Made by a program: the position numbers and the translations under genes. A model generated the notes under the pieces. The model ran no database searches. It saw only the letters and a program-made list of their open reading frames with translations, and was not told the origin of the DNA. A DNA stretch of 64,000 bases, taken from Octopus vulgaris. Lineage: Eukaryota. Below are positions 53,675 through 64,000 of the stretch, one piece after another. Position 1 is the stretch's first letter. Each line of letters begins with the position of its first letter. The stretch covers positions 41,292,001 to 41,356,000 of the forward strand of contig OX597832.1 in NCBI GenBank assembly GCA_951406725.2, read 5' to 3'.

Positions 53675-54466
53675 CTTCAAGAATTTTACCCATCACCTCA
53701 CCACTTTCAAAAAGCTACACACTTCCAATGTTTCACTTTTAGCATTTTGGAAAGCGGGGAAAGTTCTGAAATAATGTCGTTTACCTGTTGTTTCTAGCAT
53801 GTTAGGTTTTCTGGTGGTGGTCTGGTATTTTTTAAGTTTGCTATTTCAGTAGAATGATGAGGGAAACATCAGACTATAAAGTGAAAGCGAGTAGGTGATG
53901 GGTGAGCGAGGGGGAGGAGGGCATCGATTGTTTCTTTAAGGAAAATTAAACCATAAAAAATATATGTATTTCCCAGATTTGTAATCTCTGTATTTTTCTA
54001 TGTAGAAAATACTTTGGATTGGCAAAGGATTAAACTAATTAAAATAACGACATTGGCAGTTTTGAGTGAACTAAGCTTCACCAAAGACTTTAATAAGACA
54101 AAACTATAACTGCATTTGTTACCATAGCTACAAAACATCACTCTCCCCCACTATTTTATCTTTATATTTCATTTTTGATCAATTGAAATTTCAAGAGTTC
54201 TCTCCCTTGTACCTTATAAAAGTCATTTTCATTAACACTATTTATTCTTCTCATTACAATTACATTTTTATGTAATTAAGATTTATCCACCCCCACTCTG
54301 GATAAATATGGTAGCCTGCACTTATTTATATTTTTTCATGCAGAAGACACCCTTAGGAATTTTTGGTAATAACACACTTTTGCACAACAAGAGAACTCAT
54401 ATTATGCAAGTTCTATAAAGTGTTCTGTATATTGGAATCGTGGCTGAAACCGATACAGTTACCTAC

Positions 54467-54670
54467 CTTACTCTGAGTTATAGATCCCTGGGTTGTCAAA
54501 ATTGGATTACGAAGTTCAACTTGACCTTTCTTTCGACACCGTGTCACTGCCGGGACATTTTCTTCTTTGCTCTCTTCACTGCTTTCCACTGCACTTGATA
54601 CCAGCTCAGCCACAGGGAAGAGGGGGTCGTTCATAGCACGTAATTTGGGGATGATGTTCGAATGTTCTTT
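54467..54670 (-). CDS. NALCN: NALCN C-terminal exon
   Basis: ttccag acceptor and aag|gtaggt donor, 204 nt, phase 0 to 0. It encodes KEHSNIIPKLRAMNDPLF...SITQSK (compare human KQQQSCSIIHSLR). Confidence 0.82.
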
Positions 54671-55697
54671 CTGGAATGGATAATAATAGAGTTTATGAAA
54701 GAAGTGAAAAAAAAACACTAAAATTAAAATTGTACAAATAGTTCTATTTGTGTATATTCATTGATTAAAAGAAAGCAGCAGAGATATCGTACTTTTACAA
54801 AGAAATTTTGCCTTTTGCATCAGAGTTTTTCCCTGACAACAGAGATCAACGATTTTCAACTATAATTCAAAATATGAATGACCACCATTAAAGCCAACAT
54901 GAGTGGACACTCATCGGCTTTAATAGCAAGGGGTCATTCATATATGGTTACAAACACACATACATACATAAACAGACGCATGCGTGCGTGTGGACACACA
55001 CACTGTGATAGGAATAGGCATGGCTGTGTGGATAAGAAATTTCTTTTGCAAACAAATGGTTTTGGGTTTGAGTTCAGTCCCACTGCATGGCACCTTGAGC
55101 AGATAGATGTCTTCTACTAGAGCCCTGTGTTAACCAATGTAAGTGAATATGGCAGATGGAATGCCGGTACCATGCAAAATGTACTTGTGCTGGTTCTACA
55201 TAATATGCACAAATACTGGTGCTACATAAAATGTACTCATGCTAATGCTGCATGAAAATGCACTTGTGTTGGTGCCGTGTAAAATGCACTTGTGTTGGTA
55301 CTACATAAATGCATCTGTGCCAGTTTTACATAAAAAAGCACCCAGCACACACTGCACTAGGTGGCACTAGGAAGGGCATCTGGCTGTAGAAATCATTCCA
55401 AAACAGACAATTAGAGACAGGTCACAGCTCCTGCCAAATCGTCCAACCCATGCTAGCATGGAAAAACAGATGTTAAACAATGATGATGATTTCAAAATTT
55501 TGAGGAAACGTAAGAAAATACCTTGCAGATTCATTTCAAACATGACAACATTATGTAAACAGGTACAAAACACCTGAGTAAACAGGTAGAAATTCTGGTA
55601 AGTATTTAAAACCCTAGTACAAACACATTCCAAACTTTCAATAAACACAAACATGTGGTACAAACATGTAAAAAATAAAAAAAAACAGAATGCATTA

Positions 55698-55919
<222 letters not shown>

Positions 55920-56147
55920 TTAAAGATAAGTAGGGGTTAATCAACAGGGTTTGTACCAAATAGTAATATGAAGGCAGCAACTACAGATGATGATATAATC
56001 ACATCACGAAATGGCTATTGTATAGTGAAAGTGTGGTTAAGGACTTTGTATGTGTGATGTGTGTGTGTGTTTATATATATTCACTCCAGATTAGATTTGA
56101 AATGCAGTATACATAAATTTATACGTAAACCCTTTTCACAACGTAAT

Positions 56148-56317
56148 TTACTCTTTTACTCATTTGACTGCGGCCATGCTGGAGCACCACCTTTAATCAA
56201 GCAACTCGACCCTGAAACTTATTCTATCGGTCTCTTTTGCCGAACTGCTAAGTGACGGGGACATAAACATACCAGCATCGGTTGTCAAGCAATGCTAGGG
56301 GGACAAAAACAGACACG

Positions 56318-56348
<31 letters not shown>

Positions 56349-56525
56349 ACATACATATATACGACGGGCCTCTTTCAGTTTTCGTCTACCAAATCCACTC
56401 ACAAGGCTTTGGTCTGCGCGAGGCTATAATAGAAGACACTTGCCCAAGGTGCCACGCAGTGGGACTGAACCCGGAACCATGTGGTTGGTAAGCAAGCTTC
56501 TTACCACACAGCCACTCCTGCGCCT
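56148..56525 (-). mobile_element. SINE family B
   Basis: Sequence match to the other family B copies. Confidence 0.85.
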
Positions 56526-57353
56526 GTATGTCAGTATGTCGCCTTGGTGTTGTGCACTAATAACAGCGTGATACCACGGAATGGGATAAGGCCCCAACTG
56601 TCTCCCCTTGCTGTGTTCCCAAATATTCTGCCAACAACTGTAGCCAAAACGACTTTCAATGAACTATAATAACTTCTCACAATTTCCTGCTTCTCCACGA
56701 ACTCACAAACGACACCTTTTGACTCCCTGCAATTTCTCATCTCTCGCTCTCAGTCAAACATGCTGCTACTTATATGAGTTTGGCCAGTCCATTCTCACAC
56801 AGGGGCTGTCATGATTCTCGCCACATCCTCTTCCCTTTTGAGATTTGACTTCTGTAGAAAGTGCAACTTATGTATTTAATTTTAACCCCCCCCCCCCCAT
56901 CATCACCTCCCACTTTTTAGAGATTTTAATTTCCTCAGAAGTTTAGATACTGCTTTCGCTTGGGGACTATTTCTAGACATTCTGTTTGTTTATGTTTTCT
57001 ATTGCTGATCCGCCTAGGTTCAGGAGATACATGGTTACCCCATCATGAAAAAGAGAAAAGATGGTAAAAATGAAGTATCAAGGAATATCCTCGAGGTAGA
57101 AGGTGGATAAAGATTAGACGCAGAGAATTGAGGGTGGCTGGTTGGGTAGGCAGGTTTGCAATGAGTGTGTGTGTGTAAACATGTGTGTGCACACATGCAT
57201 ACATATACATGAACACAGACTTACATCTCACGGGCCACCAACATTATTTGATCTGTTGACTAAAATTTCCAATTGAAGGGTGTAATAAAAAAAATTCTCA
57301 AAATTCACATTGTGGAATAATGAAGATTCATAAAAAAAAAATCAACAGCCTTA

Positions 57354-57605
<252 letters not shown>

Positions 57606-57644
57606 TTATCAACATTTAAATGTTGTTGTTGTTATTATTATTAT

Positions 57645-57760
57645 AAGACGGAGGAGGAGGAGAAGAAGACGAAGGTGGAGGAGGAGGAGGAGGAGGAGAA
57701 GACGAAGGAGGAGGAGAAGAAGACAAAGGAGGAGGAGGAGAAGACAGAAGAGGAGAAGTA
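57645..57760. repeat. Purine-rich (GGA/AGA)n tract
   Basis: Seen directly. It explains the poly-Arg ORF at 57583-57789. Confidence 0.9.
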
Positions 57761-58250
57761 GAATCATCATCATCATTGACGCTGGTTGACTTTGCCTTTC
57801 ATTTTTTTGGGGTTGATAAAATAAGTATCAGTTGACTTATCCCCTCCCTCATAATTTCTGACCTTGTGCCAAAATTTGATACCAATATTTTTTCAATACA
57901 GGTACAACACCAACTTTCCAGGCACTGATGGTCCAGAACCTCTAATAATCTGCACTATTTTATGAGCAGGAATTTCAAACTCCCACAGTTGCAAGACTAC
58001 CTGACTGGGTAGTCCTGTTTCACAGTATCTTACACAGTACAGAATTAATAAACTTGTATCACTTGTTTTAATGAACAAGTACCTGTATTTCATTTAATTA
58101 TTTAAGAAGTTTAATATTTGCTTAATTTAGAGGTGACCACCCTTGGTCCAGAAATATCAGTAACCTGGAAAAGCTTTGGGACTACAGGTTCCAGAAATCA
58201 ATGTTGTACCTGTATAATTAAGAATAAGGAAGAGGTTAGTAACTTTTTAT

Positions 58251-58665
58251 ATACTCTTTTACTTGTTTCAGTCATTTGACTGCGGCCATGCTGGAGCACC
58301 GCCTTTAGTCGAGCAAATCGACCCCGGGACTTATTCTTTGTAAGCCCAGTACTTATTCTATCGGTCTCTTTTTGCTGAACTGCTAAGTGACGGGGACGTA
58401 AACACACCAGCATCGGTTGTCAAGCAATGCTAGGGGGACAAACACAGACACACAAACATATGCACACACATACGTATATATATATATATATATACATATA
58501 TACGACAGGCTTCTTTCAGTTTCCGTCTACCAAATCCACTCACAAGGCATTGGTCGACCCGGGGCTATAGCAGAAGACACTTGCCCAAGATGCCACGCAG
58601 TGGGACTGAACCCGGAACCATGTGGTTGGTTAGAAAGCTACTTACCACACAGCCACTCCTACGCC
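58251..58665 (-). mobile_element. SINE family B
   Basis: Sequence match to the other family B copies. Confidence 0.85.
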
Positions 58666-58735
58666 TATGTTATTGTTCTGTTAGTATTGATGAACTGAAA
58701 TTTCATAATATTATTCTTCTTATACTGTGATTTAA

Positions 58736-59370
58736 CCCTTTAGCATTTAAACCAGTCGTATCTGGCTCAAATATTTTATTTGTTTTATGTTCAAACTGAC
58801 CAGATCTGGCCCCTCACACCTTCCCTGCAATGTCACATCATCAAAGTCTCCAAGCTACAAGATAATGAAGGAATAATTCAAAACAATGTGCTGTGTGATC
58901 GTTACCAGCGTCGCCTTACTGGCACTTGTGCCCGTGCTAGTAGGGTGCCAAGAGCACCATCTGAGCATAATCGTTGCCAGAGCAGCCAACTGGCTTCGAT
59001 GCCAGTGGCACATAAAAGGGCACCATTCAAGCATGATCATTACCAACGTCGCCTTACTGGCACCTGTGCTGGTGGCACGTGTAAAAAGATTCGAGCGAGG
59101 TCGTTGCCAGTACCGCCTGACTGGCACTCATGCTGGTGGCATGTAAAAAGCACCCACTACACTCTCGGAATGGTTGGCGTTAGGAAGGGCATCCAGCTGT
59201 AGAAACTCCGCCAAATCAAGATTGGAGCCTGGTGCAGCCATCTGGTTCGCCAGTCCTCAGTCAAAATCGTCCAACCCATGCTAGCATAGAAAGCGGACGT
59301 TAAACGATGATGATGATGAATGCGAATACATAAGCATTACATTTGGTAGAGCAATCTGAATACTAAAAGG
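58736..59370. mobile_element. piggyBac-type MITE split by a family C SINE (about 58890-59320)
   Basis: TTAA|CCCTTTAGCATT ... AATACTAAAAGG|TTAA. The MITE sequence breaks at aaaacaatgtg and resumes at aatgcgaatacataagc. Confidence 0.75.
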
Positions 59371-59468
59371 TTAAATTTGAATACAAACATCTTAGTATGG
59401 GTGGTCTCTGTTGGATTGGTATCGAAAGGCTCAAAGGACCAAAAACCAGCAGGTAAAAGAATAATCTA

Positions 59469-59747
<279 letters not shown>

Positions 59748-60349
59748 TTAAAACATGACTGGTTTCTTTTTCTCTCATATATTGTTTTTAATATGCTCAA
59801 CCCAGAATACTGAATCAACAACTAGTCTCCCTTTACACTACATCTCTCACGCTCCTCCTCATGCATGATGCTTGCCTCTCACCCACTCCTGCAACTTATC
59901 TAATACTATCCCTCTCTCCTCCTTCTCTTCTCCACTGTTTCATCATTACCATTCTGCTGCTTAACACTGTCAGTCATCTTTTACTCTCTGACCCATTAAT
60001 TTCTTGCTTCACTTGAGATCATTCCCCCCCCCCCCTCTACAATGTCAGTAGTCACACAGCTCCTCTACAGTGAGAAATTTGTTCTGCTCTAGCTCCTTAT
60101 TTACCCATCTTTTGCCCCTCATCTCCTAACACAAAGTTATCCCGCCAATCATAGTCTTGCAAACTACATGACAACTTCACTAGTACTGGTGGCATGAAAA
60201 AAGAACCCAATGCATGCTGTAAAGTACTTGACATTAGGAAGAGCGTTTGGCCATAGAAACCAGGCCAAAGCTAACACTGGAACATGATGGACCCATCAGA
60301 TCCATGCCAGCATGGAACATGGATGTTACATGATGATGGTGATCTAGAG

Positions 60350-60529
60350 CAGTGGTTTTCAACCAGGGCTGCCACAAGAAGTTACAAAACTGCTAAAATC
60401 GGCAGTAATTTTTAATTCTCCTGTGCAGATATGTGTGCGTAAGACTATTAAATTATTGCACAGGGGTTCCTCGAGCCAGTGGAATGTTTCCTTGGGGTTC
60501 CGCTCCAGCAAAAAGTTTGAAAAGCACTG
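60350..60529. mobile_element. hAT (Charlie-type) MITE
   Basis: TIRs CAGTGGTTTTCAACC / GTTTGAAAAGCACTG and a perfect 8-bp TSD atctagag (60342-60349 and 60530-60537), fitting the NTCTAGAN target preference. Confidence 0.9.
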
Positions 60530-60814
60530 ATCTAGAGAGTGATATGGATAAAGTTATAATAATATTGGTTTGTTGAGTATCTAGAACAAAACTGTAACTA
60601 ATATTTCGGAATTAACACACCTGAACTCTTTGAAGTTCAAATATTATAAAGTCTAAAGCTGCTACAGGTTTGCCATAGTTTCATGTTCATCTCTTACTTT
60701 GAAATGAGATTTTAGCAGTAATAATGGGAGAGAGAGCAAAAACTAGTGTAGTAACTATATAAAAGTAAGAAAAAAAGCTAGGTTACATATAATTCTGAAT
60801 ATATTCTTTTTTTA

Positions 60815-61030
<216 letters not shown>

Positions 61031-61044
61031 TTATTCAACAAATA

Positions 61045-61087
61045 AACTAGCACTATGACCTGGCGTTGCCGGGTCATAGTGCTAGTT
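61045..61087. repeat. 43-nt near-perfect hairpin (20-bp stem, 3-nt loop)
   Basis: aactagcactatgacctggc-gtt-gccgggtcatagtgctagtt, with one mismatch. Confidence 0.92.
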
Positions 61088-61304
61088 CTTAATATTCAGT
61101 ATTACACATGTCCACATACTTCTTATATAGAATGTCATTTGTGTAGAGGGAAAACAACATCAGAGGTAAAAATGTGTTTGATATGCAAGACTGCATTTTA
61201 GTAGATTTTATCTAATCTACTAAATATAAAGTTTTATCTAATCTATCTAAATATAAACTCGGATGCTTGAATTCTAATTAGACAAAAAATACAGGTGGAC
61301 TTAC

Positions 61305-61398
61305 CATACAATCATGCATAATCTTGTTCCAGTCTTCGCCAGTAACAATACGGAACAACAAAGCAATGGCATTTGGAGCTGTCTTGAAATTTGCATGT
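61305..61398 (-). CDS. NALCN: NALCN exon (DIV pore loop / selectivity filter)
   Basis: 94 nt with AG/GT boundaries. It encodes (R)HANFKTAPNAIALLFRIVTGEDWNKIMHDCM, with the DIV filter Glu in TGEDW. Confidence 0.97.
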
Positions 61399-61442
61399 CT
61401 GAAGAGAGAATAATGAAAAGAAGCTGACATTGAAATCTTTAA

Positions 61443-61661
61443 CCCTTTAGTGTTCAGATTATTCTATCAAACATAATGCTTATTGATTCCCATTGATTTG
61501 AATCAATCATGCATTATCTCATATCTTCAAGATCTTGATAGTGTAATTACCTAATGTAGAATAACATTGTAGGGTAGGTGTGAGAGCCTGGATCTGGTCA
61601 GTTTGAACATAAAACAGATTAACTATTTTGGCCGAATTTGGTCGGTTTAAATACTAAAGGG
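61443..61661. mobile_element. piggyBac-type MITE
   Basis: TTAA|CCCTTTAGTGTT ... AATACTAAAGGG|TTAA. It is inverted relative to the copy at 58736-59370. Confidence 0.85.
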
Positions 61662-63119
61662 TTAAAGCCACACATGACAGGTGTTGTTTTATGTACTCAT
61701 TGTTATGCATAGGCATTGTTACTGTTGTTATCTTTATGTTCATTCAGATCCACATTGGCATGGCCTGGCCCCTGGACACATGACTATGACTTGTTCAAGG
61801 CCTTTTGTTAAGACCAGACAGTTAACTTGAAAGAAAACAAACAACAGAAACTAACATTTTATATGTGTACTGTGCCTGAAATTTTGGGGGAGGGGTTAGT
61901 CAATTATATCAACTCCAGTGCTTGACTGCTTTTCATTCTTTTGAGGCTAATAAAGTACCAAAGTCAACCTCGGAGGATTTTGAACTCCCTAGAAGAAATG
62001 TTAAGCATTTTGTCTGATATGCTAAAGATTTTGCCAACTTACTGCATTAATAATAACCCTTTCTACTATAGGCATAAGGCTTGAGATTTTGGTGGGGGAA
62101 GGGCTAGTCAATTGCATCAACCCCAGTGCTCAACTGGTACTTATTTTATCAACTCTGAAAGGATGATAACAAAGTTGACCTTGGTGACATTTGAACTCAG
62201 AACATAAAGGCAAAGGAAATGTCAATACAACCATGACTGATATCCAATCTACAGTGGAGAAGGCTAGCCACTGGATTTGGTTAAAAAGAGACGATGAGCG
62301 ATGGTTAGAAGTATATTGAGTTCTTCATAACCAGCTGATCTTGCAAGCGGGGCCTCATATCAGTGAGTGGGGCCGGTGCGCATTGATGCCGTCGAGAGGT
62401 AGGCCCTGAAACGGCGCGCATTCTCTCCTGATGACCCCATACACTTGCTAGCTTCCGGTATACGAAGCTTTTAACTGGTAGCACTTGCATGTGCAAGTTG
62501 TTTGCAAGACATTCTGCCAGTCACCACCTAAATAATAATAGTAGTAGTAGTAGTAGTAATGACAACAAGAGTGGTTTCAAATTTTGGCACAAGGCCAGCA
62601 ATTTTAATGGGAGCAGGTTAATCTGTAATGTTCAACTGTAACATTCAACTGATACTTATTTTATTGACCCTGAAAAGTTGAAAGGGTTAAGGTTAAAGGT
62701 AAAGTCAACCTTGGCAAAATTTGAACACAGAACGCAAAGAGTCAGAAGAAGTACCCCTAGGCATTTTGTCCAATGTTTTAACAATTCTGTCAGATCACTG
62801 TCTTAATAATAACCATTGTCATCATCATCATCATCGTTTAACACGCGTTTTCCATGCTGGCATGGGTTGGATGGTTTGGCAAGCACTGGCAAGGCTAGGG
62901 GCTGCACCAAGTTCCGTAGTCTGTTTTAGCATGGTTTCTACAGCTGGATGCCCTTCCGAAAGCCAACCACTTTACAGAGTGTACTGGGTGCTTTTTATGC
63001 TCCACCAGCACCCACACCAATGCTTTTTATGTGGCACTTTGGTTTTAGGATATAATAATAACAACAATAGCAATAATAAACCAAAAAGTAAAATAAAAAA
63101 ATGTGTTCCGTTGTACCTA

Positions 63120-63299
<180 letters not shown>

Positions 63300-63324
63300 T
63301 CATTAAGGAAACTATAAGCTATAA

Positions 63325-63568
63325 TCTGTTGTGCCTGGGGAGAGTCATTTTCTTTTTGTGCCTTACAATTTAACGCACTCACCAGTAAAATTTCCACTTT
63401 TTTCTTATTTTTATTTTCCTAAAATTTTCGTTGCGTCTTGCAACCTTTTCAATAGTCTTGACTTGAAAATTTTAGGAAAATAAAAACAAGAAATAAATGG
63501 AAATTTTACCGATGAGTGTGTTAAATAAAAAGCACCAAAAGAAAATGACTTTCCCCAGACACAACAGA
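63325..63568. mobile_element. Foldback MITE with inverted arms of about 105 bp
   Basis: tctgttgtgcctggggagagtcattttctt...ttcctaaaattttc pairs with gaaaattttaggaaa...aagaaaatgactttccccagacacaacaga. Confidence 0.85.
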
Positions 63569-63931
63569 ATATGCTTCAACACACAAACTCATATAAAGAA
63601 TCTTGCAAACCAAATCCAAAAACGAAATATAAACTAACATTTAAGATTTTGTAAAACCAGTTAAACGTTTTTAACAACAACAGCAATAAAACTATGGTTT
63701 GAGATTGTTTTCAAAGTTAAAAAGAAACTTTAGACTTCAGATTTTCTTGTAAGAGCATGAACGATGACTGGTAATAGACTTGATTCATCAAAAAGTCATG
63801 CCCCCACCTCTCAGCAATTTTTATATATATTTTAAGGTAAACATACTTATATATATAGTGTATCTGGTCATATAAACGTCCTTTATCACAAAGTAAAAAT
63901 AAGGAAACATTCCATGCATGGAACAACTTAC

Positions 63932-64000
63932 GTGTTTCCCTGTGATTGTGAAAAACCGTAAAACAATGATGACATAACCATATGTATTACTGCCAACATT
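63932..64000 (-). CDS. NALCN: NALCN exon (DIV S4), possibly truncated by the window edge
   Basis: Encodes NVGSNTYGYVIIVLRFFTITGKH followed by a gtaagt donor (human VIVFRFFSICGKH). Confidence 0.9.

Overview
This is eukaryotic, AT-rich and very repeat-dense DNA. The (TA)n/(CA)n microsatellites and the tRNA-derived SINE families suggest a coleoid cephalopod, probably Octopus (inference). Most ORFs in the supplied track are microsatellite or SINE artefacts. Reading splice sites by hand gives four real coding loci. (1) The last ten coding exons of the sodium leak channel NALCN lie on the minus strand (64000 to 51531, all GT-AG and phase-compatible through to TAA). (2) A complete, intronless MCTS1 lies at 22129-22677 (+) behind a palindromic ETS site. 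(3) Two isolated BAR-domain exons of an ASAP-type ArfGAP lie at 14792-14845 and 16487-16572 (+), with no neighbouring exons found in the window. (4) The probable first coding exon of an SH2-domain protein lies at 2238-2406 (-). The rest consists of several SINE families, CR1/RTE LINE fragments, piggyBac-, hAT- and Tc1/mariner-type MITEs, a non-autonomous Helitron, a degenerate tyrosine-recombinase-like retroelement, Penelope-like remnants and two large minisatellites (32 bp and 17/15 bp). The most notable leads are the cluster of dsRNA-forming structures around the NALCN domain-IV pore exons (possible editing or circRNA), stacked splice donors that could remodel the NALCN C-terminus, the intronless MCTS1 lying just downstream of orphan ASAP exons, and a SINE that forms head-to-tail multimers with a fixed junction. 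No prokaryotic-type systems such as CRISPR are present. Repeat boundaries are approximate unless a TSD or TIR is quoted.
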